NCBI GenBank assembly: GCA_019244185.1
Contig: JAFATB010000006.1
Coordinates: forward strand, 32,001 to 96,000
DNA: 64,000 bases
Direction: 5' to 3'
Source of the DNA: Acidobacteriota bacterium
Lineage (GTDB): Bacteria > Acidobacteriota > Thermoanaerobaculia > Gp7-AA8
In this document: in pieces, positions 19,126 through 29,854 of the stretch
How the letters are laid out: each line of letters opens with the position of its first letter
Position numbering within the stretch: the stretch's first letter is position 1
Position numbers and translations under genes: made by a program
Notes under the pieces: generated by a model
The model's database searches: none
The model's input: only the letters and a program-made list of their open reading frames with translations
Told to the model about the DNA's origin: nothing

Positions 19126-20284
19126 TCCGGCGAATCTTGCGCGACGTCGGCGAACGTTCGAGGTCTTCGCTGCGCATGGGGCGGATGTGAAGGAGGAAGT
19201 CGGCGCCGGTGGCGCCGAGGAGCTCGTGGACGCGCGATTCGAGCGCCTGCTGGCGGGTGGCGTCCCAGTTCGCTGGAGGCACGACGCGGATTTCGAGGCG
19301 GTCGCGGAGCGACTCCGCGTCGGACGAGAGGTGCAGCTGATAGTCCGTCATCTCCTCGAACACTGGGGCGACGGCGGGGAGGTTGAAGTAACTGCCGTCG
19401 AGCGTGAACGAATTCGACTCGCGTCCGACGAACTGGAACGTCGCGCGCGTTTCGGATTTTGCGATCCAGCGCACGCGGTCGCCCATGCGGTAGCGGAGCA
19501 CGGGGATGCGGCGGCGGATGAGATTCGTCACCACCATGTCGCCCACGCCGTCGGCGTCAGGATTGAGGATCTCGATGTGCAGCATGCGCGGGTCGTAGTG
19601 GAAGACGTCGGGCGCGTCGTTCGCGCCGCGGTACGCCCACACGCCAGTTTCCGCGGAGCCGTATGCGGAGACGAAGACGTCGGTTTGGAAGGCTTCCGTG
19701 AAGAGCTTGCGCTGCGCGGGGCGGACCGCTTCGCCGGCGGCGAGGATGCGTTTGAGCGGCAAACGCTGGTTCGTGTCGACGAGATGGCGCGCGAGCTGCG
19801 CGAGGCGCCCCGGCTCGCCCATGATCATGTCCGCGTGGAACGCGCGCGCGACCTCGACGGCGACCGCGTCGGTGGCGGTCGATTCCAGCGGCAATGACGT
19901 CGCGCCGATCTGCTCGCAGTAGTCGGTGAAGATCTCCATCGAGCGATACATCATGCGGCCCGCGAACAGATTGAGCGCGATCGCATCCGGCGGAATCACG
20001 CCCGCTTCCGCGAGCATCGGCGCGAAGCGTCTGCGCTGCTCGTGGTTGTCTTCCGTGTCGACGGGGAAGCAGAGATACGACCGCGTGCCGCTGCCGCCCG
20101 AGGGGCTCAGATAGAGGCCGTGCAGGTTCGCGGGATTCGTGTAGAAGGTCTGCAGCGCCGCGTCGAGCGTCTGCTTGTCAAGGAGCGGAACGTCTTCGAA
20201 CTTCGTCGCGGAGAGGTCACGTCCGGCGTACAGCGGATGCACGCGTGCCAGGGAAAGGATTTGTTCGGGGGTCACGCCTTCCAT
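19106..20284 (-). CDS. Adenylate-forming enzyme, phenylacetate-CoA ligase (PaaK/FtsA)-like
   Basis: VPLLDKQ, P-loop SPSGGSGT, AGE, AYGSAETG, VVTNL, RYRMGD, VGR, SRKIRRIVD. Confidence 0.8.
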   Translation of the reverse strand: MEGVTPEQILSLARVHPLYAGRDLSATKFEDVPLLDKQTLDAALQTFYTNPANLHGLYLSPSGGSGTRSYLCFPVDTEDNHEQRRRFAPMLAEAGVIPPDAIALNLFAGRMMYRSMEIFTDYCEQIGATSLPLESTATDAVAVEVARAFHADMIMGEPGRLAQLARHLVDTNQRLPLKRILAAGEAVRPAQRKLFTEAFQTDVFVSAYGSAETGVWAYRGANDAPDVFHYDPRMLHIEILNPDADGVGDMVVTNLIRRRIPVLRYRMGDRVRWIAKSETRATFQFVGRESNSFTLDGSYFNLPAVAPVFEEMTDYQLHLSSDAESLRDRLEIRVVPPANWDATRQQALESRVHELLGATGADFLLHIRPMRSEDLERSPTSRKIRRIVDTRG

Positions 20285-20296
20285 AATGCCACATAA

Positions 20297-21319
20297 CTAT
20301 CGTTGCGCGGCGCGTTTCAGGCCTGAATCCACGATTTCCTGAATCAATTCCGGATACGTTTTTCCCGATTTTTTCGCCGCCGACGCGAACTCCTCGGATC
20401 TCGCGATGTCGGGATTCGGATTCGCCTCGAGGAAGTAGAGCTGCTCGTCCTTGCCGAGGCGATAGTCGATGCGGCTGAAGCCGTCGAGATCGAGGATGCG
20501 CGCGATGGCTTTCGTGTTGTCGATGACGTGCGCGCGCAACGCGTCGGAGAGCTCCGCCGGCACCTGATAGATGCTGTGCTTTCGCTGATACGCGCGGTTG
20601 TGTTTCGCGTTCGCGGTGGCAATGCCGTACGCGCCGCGCGGCAGCTCGCGGAACTGCAGCTCCCACACGGGCAAGACTTCCACGCGCTGATTGCCGAGGA
20701 TGCCGACGTTCAGCTCGCGGCCATCGATGAACTCCTCCGCGATTGCATCGGAGCCATTGCGGCGGTGGATGAACGCCACGCGCTCGCGGAGCTGCGCGTC
20801 GGTGTCGACGACGGACTTTTGCGAGATGCCGAGCGAGGCTTCCTGCACGAGGCTCTTCACGATCAGCGGAAACGGGAGCTCGCGCGGACGGACGACGCGT
20901 TGGTTGCGAGGAAAGACGGCGAAGCGCGGCACGCGGATGCCGTGATACGCGAGGAGCTTCTTCGACATCGCCTTGTCGCGCGCGAGCATGAGACCGCGCG
21001 GACGGCAGCCGGTGTACGGCATCTGCATCAGCTCGAGGTACGCGACGACGTTCCAATCGAGCTCCTGCCGTCCGAGAAACTCTTCCAGCAGGTTCCAGAC
21101 GATGTGCGGGTGCCAGTCGTCGATGAGCGCACGGAGCGGATCGAGTGAGTCGGAGACCGCGACCACGCGCGTCTCGTGGCCGAGCTCGCGCAGCGTCGAC
21201 ACGACGTCGTATTCGGTCTTGCAGTCGTACCACTGTTGTTCGCTGAGACCGTCGAGCGAGTCGGGCGGCACGAGCGACGGGTGCACGAGGACGGCGACGC
21301 GCAGCTTCTTCCGCGTCAT
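20297..21319 (-). CDS. D-Ala-D-Ala ligase-like ATP-grasp protein
   Basis: ATG 21319 overlaps the peptidase stop (ATGA). PYTGC, RDKAMSK, FPLIVK, EASLGI, EEFIDGRE, RIDYR, LEANPNP. Confidence 0.85.
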   Translation of the reverse strand: MTRKKLRVAVLVHPSLVPPDSLDGLSEQQWYDCKTEYDVVSTLRELGHETRVVAVSDSLDPLRALIDDWHPHIVWNLLEEFLGRQELDWNVVAYLELMQMPYTGCRPRGLMLARDKAMSKKLLAYHGIRVPRFAVFPRNQRVVRPRELPFPLIVKSLVQEASLGISQKSVVDTDAQLRERVAFIHRRNGSDAIAEEFIDGRELNVGILGNQRVEVLPVWELQFRELPRGAYGIATANAKHNRAYQRKHSIYQVPAELSDALRAHVIDNTKAIARILDLDGFSRIDYRLGKDEQLYFLEANPNPDIARSEEFASAAKKSGKTYPELIQEIVDSGLKRAAQR

Positions 21320-22341
21320 AGCGCGAACGTGTTGCGCCGGCGGTAGTGCACGTCCATGGTCGTGACGGTGAGCAGGATCGCGAACTCCATCTTCAGGCGG
21401 CTTTCCGGGCCGGCCGCGCGCAGTTTCAATTCGCGGCTTCGGCCGATGAGATCGTGAAAGACCTGCTCGCGAGTGTACTGAAACTCCCCCGTGAAGTTCG
21501 ACACGAGCCCGCGGATCTCCGCGCGGTTGCGGCGCAGAAAACGGGACGCGAGCTCGTGCTGCCGGTCGCGCGGATCGTCGGAGAAGAGTCGTTTGAGGTC
21601 GCCGTCCCACGTCGTCGGGAAGCTGACGTCGTACTGGCTCTGCTTCTTCTCGTAGTACTCACGCAGCGTCATGTCGAGCGTGCCGATCGCCTCGGTCTGC
21701 ACCTTCTTGCGGCGGCGCGGCTTCCGATCGCGCAGCTCGCGGAGCAGCGCGTCGACGAACTCGAGCTTCTCGAGCGCGGGCCAGTCGAAGTACTGCTTCT
21801 GCCACGTCGCCCGTCGCGCGCCGAGGACGACCGCGAACGTTTCCGCGAAATCCTCGTGCGGATGCGCCTGTGCGTAGTAGAGCCGCAGGTGCTGCACGAA
21901 GCGCCGGCTCGCGGGATTGGGGCGGTACTGCTTCGGATACCGCGTGGTCCATTTGCCGAAGAGCGCGCGGACGCGTGCGTCGCGCCCGAGGACGAAGGCG
22001 TTGTCGAGCACGTGCCCCGACTCGTGGCGCAGGATCTTCATCAGTTCGACCTTCGTCCCGCCTTCGACATCGCGCATCTTTTTGCGCTCGAGCTGCATGA
22101 GCCGCGGATGCGCGAGATAGAACGGGATGGCGATGCCGGTCGCGCCGCGCGGGACGAACCATTGCGTCGAGAGCCACGCGTACGGCCGAATGGCGAGATG
22201 CCGCCGCGCCAGCTCGCGATGCAGTTTCTCGATCGCGGGCTCGAGCCACGTGCCTTCGATGCGCAGTCCGAGCTCGCGCAGCCGCACGTCGAGCAGTTCC
22301 TCCTCGCCGAGGGTCTCCCACGCAAAGCGAGGCGCCTCCAT
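21316..22341 (-). CDS. Putative zinc-binding metallopeptidase (zincin)
   Basis: ILRHESGH (HExxH) and YAQAHPHEDFAETFA third-ligand motif. Confidence 0.85.
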   Translation of the reverse strand: MEAPRFAWETLGEEELLDVRLRELGLRIEGTWLEPAIEKLHRELARRHLAIRPYAWLSTQWFVPRGATGIAIPFYLAHPRLMQLERKKMRDVEGGTKVELMKILRHESGHVLDNAFVLGRDARVRALFGKWTTRYPKQYRPNPASRRFVQHLRLYYAQAHPHEDFAETFAVVLGARRATWQKQYFDWPALEKLEFVDALLRELRDRKPRRRKKVQTEAIGTLDMTLREYYEKKQSQYDVSFPTTWDGDLKRLFSDDPRDRQHELASRFLRRNRAEIRGLVSNFTGEFQYTREQVFHDLIGRSRELKLRAAGPESRLKMEFAILLTVTTMDVHYRRRNTFAL

Positions 22342-22370
22342 CCAGCCCGAACAGTTCCAAACCCTTGCCA

Positions 22371-22502
22371 GCCGGCCCGGCCGGCTGCGCTAAGGGCCGA
22401 GCCTATTCGCACGTGCGGCTGCACTGAACGTCATTGAGTGCAGCCGCACGTGCGGATAGGCTATGCCCTAAGCGCCGGCGGCCGCGCCGCCCCGCCGGAG
22501 GC
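22371..22502. repeat. Palindromic element, diverged copy 3, overlapping the 3' end of the DUF3291 gene
   Basis: gccggc..ggccggctgcgctaagggc...cgcacgtgcggctgcact...agtgcagccgcacgtgcg...gccctaagcgc...cccgccggaggc, homologous to copies 1 and 2. Confidence 0.85.
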
Positions 22503-22943
22503 GCTCGCGGTCAGGCTCTTGAACGTAAACGCGAACTCCGTCGCCCCATGCGCCTCGAGATGCGCGAGCCGCTCCTTCGCTTCATCGATGCTCGGGATGT
22601 GACCCGCGGGAACCCACCAGAGCGCGACGGACGCGCCGGCGAACTGGTCGAACCATGAGCGGCGGTCGCGGAGCAGTTCCGCATGGGCGGTGCGGTAGAC
22701 GTACTGCTTCAGCGACTCGATGTCCTTCCATACCGACAGATTGAAGAGGATGCGCTCGTCGTCGTAAGGGCGGAGATACGTCGCATTCCCCTCGCCGGTC
22801 TGGAGGCGCCAGACGAAGCCGGGGCTGCCGTCGGCGAGCGCGTTGATCTCCTCGAGACGCGCGACGAAGCCGGCCATCACCGGCGAGTCGAGCGGCTCCT
22901 TCATGCGCGCGATGTTCACCTGGGCAATGTGCAGCTCGCTCAT
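22461..22943 (-). CDS. DUF3291 domain protein
   Basis: HIAQVNIA, INALADGSPGFVWRLQ, NLSVW, LWWVPAGH.P...EAKERL, FAFTF. The last ~15 codons run into the repeat. Confidence 0.88.
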   Translation of the reverse strand: MSELHIAQVNIARMKEPLDSPVMAGFVARLEEINALADGSPGFVWRLQTGEGNATYLRPYDDERILFNLSVWKDIESLKQYVYRTAHAELLRDRRSWFDQFAGASVALWWVPAGHIPSIDEAKERLAHLEAHGATEFAFTFKSLTASASGGAARPPALRA

Positions 22944-22964
22944 GAATGTATCGTAGCCGCCCAG

Positions 22965-25583
22965 TTAGATCGGTAGCCAGTACGAGAACTTCACCAGGAA
23001 GACATCCTGCGACGGCGCGCCGGGGAGCGCGGAGAGATCGCGGCGGAAGCGGAAGTCGCCGAACGGCACGACGTCGGAACGGTTCTCGTTCCAGACGACG
23101 AAGAGCGCGGAGCCGGGGCGGAACTCCCACCGCACGACGGCGCTCCCGCGCACGCTGCGGAAATTGAAATCGGGATCGCCGAAATCGTACGTCTGCGATG
23201 CGAAGCGCGCGGTGTACGTCGCGTCCGCGGCGTCGTGCAGCGTGTCGACGGGCGAGTAGCGCAGCTCGCGCGCCTCGTCGAGTTGTTTAAAGGAGTGATA
23301 GTCGCCGCTGGCGATGAACGGCTGCACGTACAGCTGCATCGACAGGCGCGCGGTGGCCGTCCAATCGGCGCGGATGCCGACGTCGAGCGTGCGCTGGTCG
23401 AGCGTCGCGAAGAGATACCGGTTGCCGAACGTCGGCGTGTACGACGCGTCGGGAACCGTGGCGACGTACTGCGCGGCATCGCGGCTGCGGTTGAAACCCG
23501 GATCGATGCGCAGGCGCAGCGACGGCGCGGGGCGGTATTGCAGGATGAGGCTCGTGCGGCGGAAGTAGCCGCCGAGTTCATCTTCCGAATCCTCGATGTA
23601 CGGCTCGACCCAGAACTTCTTGCGCGAGTCGTTGCCGGCGCCGACGTAGACGTCGAACTGCTTCGGCCGCACCGCCGCGGGACCGCCGCGGGTGAGCTGC
23701 GCGTCGATGGCGCGCCAGTCGTAGCCGCCGCCGCCATACACGTACCAGTAATTCTTGTGTTCGACGTACCAGTTTCCGTAGAAGCCGTTCGCCGTGTTGT
23801 CGCTGTCGAAGTTCCAGTTCTGGTATTTGCCGATCCACCAGCTCCGCTCGCGCGTGTACTTGCCGACGTCGGTGTTCGTGTACTGCATCACCGCGTGCGT
23901 GGCGATCGTGTCGGTGCGCGGCAGGTAGCCGACGTCGTTGAGCTCGAAGCCGGGCGAGAGCGCCATCACCTGCAGGTTCGGGCGCCAGTGGCCGGTCTGC
24001 TTGCCGATCATCGCGCGTCCGCCGAATCCGGCGAGCGAGGTGCGGTTCGGATCGAGCTCGACGTGACTCGCATCGGGGCGCTGGTAGTAGCGCGCGGGAC
24101 TCTCCTGCGCCAGCGTGATCGCTTCCTTCGAGCCTTCGATGAGCGTCGTGCCGGTGAGCCATTCGAAGAGCCACGACTTGTTCGCGAAGCGCGTGTAGCC
24201 GTCGACGCCGCCGAAGTACGCGTTCGAGCGCAGCGTCGGCTCGAGGTTGTCGGTGAGCCTGCGGTTGACGGACGTGAAGAGGAAGCCGGCACGCGAGTCG
24301 CGGCCGTACTCGCGCGTGGCGCGCGCGACGAGGTAGTTCGTCATCGGCTCGACGGTCGCCTTGCCGATCTGCGCGCCGGTGCGGAACCACGCCTGTTCGC
24401 GGTCGGTGAGCGCCTCGATCGCGCCGACGGTCCAGCCTTTGCCGAGCTTGCCGGTGACCTTCGCGGCGCCGAGGATCGTGGTTTCGCCGGGAGCGTCCGT
24501 CCAGTCGGCGGCGATCGAGCCTTGCGGCGCACGGCCGATGCGGCGCGAGTAGAAGAACGTCGGGAAGTACGTGTTGAAGCCCCAGCGGCTGTTCGCCGGA
24601 CCTTCGCCGAAGTTGAAGATGTTCCCGCCCTCGGTGAAGAACGGCCGCTTCTCCGGGAAGAACGTCTCGAACTGGCTGAGGTTGAGCACCGCGGGATCGA
24701 CCTCGACCTGGCCGAAGTCGGGATTGATCGTGCCCGTGAGCGTGAGGCTGGACGAGAGGCCGTACTTCACGTCGACGCCCGCGTCCATCCGCTGCGAGCT
24801 CGGCGTCACGAACGGATTGTCGTTGCGGCTGGCGAGGTCTTCGCGCGCGACGCCGTACGGCACGACCTCGAACGCGCGCCGCGGCTTAATCCCTTCGATG
24901 CCGGTGAGATCGGCGAAGCGCGAGACGTAGCCGTTGTCGGTTTTCTTCGAGAACACGAGGCGCGAGCCCTCGTGCAGGCGCGCGTTCCAGCGGCCGATGT
25001 TGAAGCCCCAGACGTACGACGGCTGCTCGGGAAAGCGGAGCTGCGAGTACGGGATGCGGATCTCCGCGGTCCACCCTTTCGCGCTCGTCTTCGTCGCCGA
25101 CTCCCACACCGCGTCCCAGCTCGTGTCGTCGTAGATGTCGTTGTACAGGATCATGTCCGCCTGCACGTTCGACGGATTGATCATGAACTTCGCGCCGCTC
25201 AGGCGGTCGTGCTGCGAGTCGATGCCGATGGTGAGGTAGTCGGCGGATTCGAGATCGCTGTCGCGGCGCGCGAGCAGCGGCGTCGGCGGCGCGTCGTCTT
25301 CCATCACCGCGCCGAAGTAGATCGCGTCGTCGTCGTAGACGACCTTCACGCGCGTCTGCCGCGTGGCCGGCTCGCCCTCGTGCGGATCGCGCTGCGTGAA
25401 GCCGGTGATCTCCGGCGCGTTCTGCCACGCGGGATCGGAGAGATCGCCGTCGAGCACCGGCGCCTTCTCCGCGCGCACGGCGCGATACGACGGCCGCGGC
25501 TTCGGCGCGTCCTCCGCGAAAACATTCAGCGCGAGAACCGTGTTGCAGAGTACGAGGCAGAGAACGCGGAGCGATGGTCTCAT
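22965..25583 (-). CDS. Outer-membrane protein with CBM9-like sugar-binding and DUF5916 domains
   Basis: Signal peptide from ATG 25583, PVLDGDLSDPAW, WTAEIRIPYSQLRF, INPDFGQVEVD, FFPEKRPFF.EG, FFYSRRIG, C-terminal FLVKFSYW beta signal. Confidence 0.85.
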   Translation of the reverse strand: MRPSLRVLCLVLCNTVLALNVFAEDAPKPRPSYRAVRAEKAPVLDGDLSDPAWQNAPEITGFTQRDPHEGEPATRQTRVKVVYDDDAIYFGAVMEDDAPPTPLLARRDSDLESADYLTIGIDSQHDRLSGAKFMINPSNVQADMILYNDIYDDTSWDAVWESATKTSAKGWTAEIRIPYSQLRFPEQPSYVWGFNIGRWNARLHEGSRLVFSKKTDNGYVSRFADLTGIEGIKPRRAFEVVPYGVAREDLASRNDNPFVTPSSQRMDAGVDVKYGLSSSLTLTGTINPDFGQVEVDPAVLNLSQFETFFPEKRPFFTEGGNIFNFGEGPANSRWGFNTYFPTFFYSRRIGRAPQGSIAADWTDAPGETTILGAAKVTGKLGKGWTVGAIEALTDREQAWFRTGAQIGKATVEPMTNYLVARATREYGRDSRAGFLFTSVNRRLTDNLEPTLRSNAYFGGVDGYTRFANKSWLFEWLTGTTLIEGSKEAITLAQESPARYYQRPDASHVELDPNRTSLAGFGGRAMIGKQTGHWRPNLQVMALSPGFELNDVGYLPRTDTIATHAVMQYTNTDVGKYTRERSWWIGKYQNWNFDSDNTANGFYGNWYVEHKNYWYVYGGGGYDWRAIDAQLTRGGPAAVRPKQFDVYVGAGNDSRKKFWVEPYIEDSEDELGGYFRRTSLILQYRPAPSLRLRIDPGFNRSRDAAQYVATVPDASYTPTFGNRYLFATLDQRTLDVGIRADWTATARLSMQLYVQPFIASGDYHSFKQLDEARELRYSPVDTLHDAADATYTARFASQTYDFGDPDFNFRSVRGSAVVRWEFRPGSALFVVWNENRSDVVPFGDFRFRRDLSALPGAPSQDVFLVKFSYWLPI

Positions 25584-25657
25584 CGGTTCCTCACGGGCAA
25601 AGGTGATACGTTTCTCCAAGAGACGCCTGGGATGCGAAAAGGTTTGGCAAGCGGCGC

Positions 25658-27313
<1,656 letters not shown>

Positions 27314-27334
27314 GGTAGTCTCTCGCGCCGACGC

Positions 27335-27613
27335 ATGCGACGCCGATCCGCCGCCCTCGTTCTCCTGTTCGCTCTCCTCGCCTGTGGCGCCGAACGCGTC
27401 GACCGCGCGCGCTGGCAGCGCATGTCGCACGACGACCGCGTGCTCTGCGTGAAGTCGCTGATCGGCGCGGAGAAAGTGAAGAACGCGAAAGGCGGCGGCG
27501 GGCGCGTCTACGATCGGCCCGCCGACGAGTACGTGGCGAGGATCGATGCCGCGTACGCGAACGGCGATCGGCGCGACGTCGCGCAAGTCTTCACGGAGGT
27601 CGCATCGCGATGA
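27335..27613 (+). CDS. Small hypothetical lipoprotein
   Basis: MRRRSAALVLLFALLAC lipobox, GAGG SD, ATGA coupling to the next gene. Confidence 0.65.
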   Translation: MRRRSAALVLLFALLACGAERVDRARWQRMSHDDRVLCVKSLIGAEKVKNAKGGGGRVYDRPADEYVARIDAAYANGDRRDVAQVFTEVASR

Positions 27614-28338
27614 AACCGGTGGCACCGCATCCGCCGCTCACGAAGTACTACGGCGATCCGACGGAGCGCGAGCATTACGTGCGCGACATCTTCGATGAGA
27701 CCGCGCCGTGGTACGACTGGGCCACGCGCTTCATGTCGTTCGGCTCGGGACATTGGTACCGCCGCGAGGCGCTCAGGCGCATCGGACTTGCGCCGGGGAT
27801 GAAGCTGCTCGATCTCGCCAGCGGCACCGGCGTCGTCGCGCGCGCGGCCGCGGAAGTCCTCGGCGATCCGCGCGCGATCGTCGAGATGGACGCGAGTCTC
27901 GGCATGCTGCGCTCCGCGAAAACGTCGAGCGTGAAAGTCGAGTCGGCGGCCGAGCGCATCGCCGCGCGCGACGAATCGTTCGACCGCCTGACCATCGGCT
28001 TCGCGCTGCGCCACTTCGCCGATCTCGCCGCCGTCTTCGGCGAATGCCGGCGCGTGCTGCGTCCGGGCGGGCGTCTGCTGATCCTCGAGATCACCGCGCC
28101 CGAAGGCCGAGCATCGCGCGCGATGCTCGGCGTGTACATGGGCGCGATCGTGCCGAACGCGATCCGGCTCCGCACGCGCAGCCGCCGCGCGGCGGAGCTC
28201 TTCCGCTACTACTGGGAAACGACGCGCGACTGCGTGCGCCCCGAAGTCATCCTCGACGCGCTGCGCGAGGCGGGCTTCCGCGACGTGCAGCGCCGCGTCG
28301 AGATGAAGATCTTCAGCGAGTACTCGGCGACGCGGTGA
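27610..28338 (+). CDS. Class I SAM-dependent methyltransferase, UbiE/MenG-like
   Basis: IFDETAPWYD...MSFG...WYR, LLDLASGTG, GFALRH, RVLRPGGRLLILE. Confidence 0.85.
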   Translation: MKPVAPHPPLTKYYGDPTEREHYVRDIFDETAPWYDWATRFMSFGSGHWYRREALRRIGLAPGMKLLDLASGTGVVARAAAEVLGDPRAIVEMDASLGMLRSAKTSSVKVESAAERIAARDESFDRLTIGFALRHFADLAAVFGECRRVLRPGGRLLILEITAPEGRASRAMLGVYMGAIVPNAIRLRTRSRRAAELFRYYWETTRDCVRPEVILDALREAGFRDVQRRVEMKIFSEYSATR

Positions 28339-28621
28339 CCGCGTCCGCGACGAACATCGCGTGCGCGTCGTCGAAGCGCACGTTCGGCGCCGTCGTGAGA
28401 CCCGCGCGCTGCGTGCCGGGCGTCAGGCGGTGCTGCACGAAGTTCTGGAACTGCTCCTGCGACTGCCAGACGTCGAAGACGTGAAAGCCGTCCGCGCCGA
28501 ACCACGCCACGTGCACGAGGCCGCCGTCCGGCTGCTCGTTTTCCCAGTTCACGCTGCGCCGCACTTCCTCGTACTGCTCGCGGCTGACCTCGGGCCAATG
28601 CATCTGCATCACGATCGCCAT
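28313..28621 (-). CDS. Small hypothetical protein (ABM-like ferredoxin fold)
   Basis: SD GGAGG, clean 102-aa ORF with GLVHVAW...VFDVWQSQEQFQNF pattern. Confidence 0.7.
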   Translation of the reverse strand: MAIVMQMHWPEVSREQYEEVRRSVNWENEQPDGGLVHVAWFGADGFHVFDVWQSQEQFQNFVQHRLTPGTQRAGLTTAPNVRFDDAHAMFVADAVTASPSTR

Positions 28622-28684
28622 CGGATTCTTCCTCCGAAGGCGTTCTACGGACGCCGCGCGCGAACGGATGTCCGCGCGCCAGCG

Positions 28685-29062
28685 TCATTCCGCGGCGGCG
28701 GCGGCTTCGGCGGCGCGCAGCTCTTCGAGGCGCGCGATCTGGATGCCGAGGAACTCGCGGAGCGGCTGCTCCTGCTCGGGCGCGAGCGGCAGGAACGAGA
28801 TCGCGGAGCGGAACACGTACTCGGAGCCTTTGTCGTTGCGCCGCACCTGCACGATCGAGCGCAGCACCTCGCACGGGATGTAGATGCCGCCGTAGCTGGG
28901 AAAGACGAGCGTCGCGGCGGCGCCGGCTTTCACCGGCGAGCGGTGGATGACCGCGGCGCCGCTGAGACTCAGATCGATCAGCTCTCCGTTGACGTCGGAA
29001 AGCTGCACCGGAATCGAGGCGGTGGGATACCGCTCCGCGCGGCGACGATCTTTGGCGGCCAT
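28685..29062 (-). CDS. Single-domain PilZ protein
   Basis: RRRAER (RxxxR) and DLSLSG (DxSxxG) c-di-GMP motifs. Confidence 0.8.
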   Translation of the reverse strand: MAAKDRRRAERYPTASIPVQLSDVNGELIDLSLSGAAVIHRSPVKAGAAATLVFPSYGGIYIPCEVLRSIVQVRRNDKGSEYVFRSAISFLPLAPEQEQPLREFLGIQIARLEELRAAEAAAAAE

Positions 29063-29074
29063 CGACGAGCTCGA

Positions 29075-29833
29075 TTATACCGGCCGCAACTCGACGCGCT
29101 CGAGACGCCGCAGCTGCAACCGTTCCGCGGCACTCGCGTTCGCGACCGAGATCTCCACGCAGCCGGTCGAGCCGATGATGAGAAACGCTCCCGGCGCGGC
29201 GTCGCCGTAGTTCGCTTCGATGCGATCGATGCGGACGTCGCGCATGCGCAACGCGAACGGCGCGAACGGCACGCGCGCGCGTTCGAGGTCGGTGATCGCG
29301 TTGCCGAAGCGGTCGATCGCCACGATGGTGCCGCGCGCGAAGTCGCCGGCGTAGTGCGGCGGCTGATAGTCGAGCGTCACGAGACGATCGAGCGGCGGAC
29401 CGAGCTCCGCGAGCGCGGTGCCGTTCGCGAGCGCGGCCGCAACCGGCGCGAAGCGATCGCGCCCGTGAAAGGTCGTGCTGCCGCCGGGAAGAAACAGCTT
29501 CTCGTTCGTCACCGCATGCGCGCGCGTGCCGTGCCAGACGAACGTGAGCAGGCCGTTGTCGGGCGCGAGAAACGTGCGGCCGTCTTCTTCGAGCGCGACG
29601 ATCTGACGCGACGTCCCGACGCCGGGATCGACGACCGCGACGAAGATCGTGCCCGTGGGCCAGTACGGAGCGACGCTGCGCAGGAACCACGCGCCGCCGA
29701 GGATGTCGAAAGGTGGGAGGTCGTGCGCGAGATCGTGAACGGGTGCGGTGGTGCGCGACGCGAAGACGCCCTTCATCGCAGCAACGTACGGATCGCGCGT
29801 GCCGAAGTCGGTCAGCAGAGCGATGCGGCGCAT
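29075..29833 (-). CDS. SAM hydroxide adenosyltransferase (DUF62; chlorinase/fluorinase family)
   Basis: ALLTDFG, AMKGV, VVDPGVGTSR, APDNGLL, TFHGRDRFAP, IDRFGN. Start ATG 29833. Confidence 0.9.
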   Translation of the reverse strand: MRRIALLTDFGTRDPYVAAMKGVFASRTTAPVHDLAHDLPPFDILGGAWFLRSVAPYWPTGTIFVAVVDPGVGTSRQIVALEEDGRTFLAPDNGLLTFVWHGTRAHAVTNEKLFLPGGSTTFHGRDRFAPVAAALANGTALAELGPPLDRLVTLDYQPPHYAGDFARGTIVAIDRFGNAITDLERARVPFAPFALRMRDVRIDRIEANYGDAAPGAFLIIGSTGCVEISVANASAAERLQLRRLERVELRPV

Positions 29834-29854
29834 CGCGGCACTATACTCGCCGCC

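Noticed and set aside
20297-21319. Calling this gene ddl
   Set aside because: It lacks the Ddl N-terminal motif and cell-wall gene context, so no symbol was assigned.
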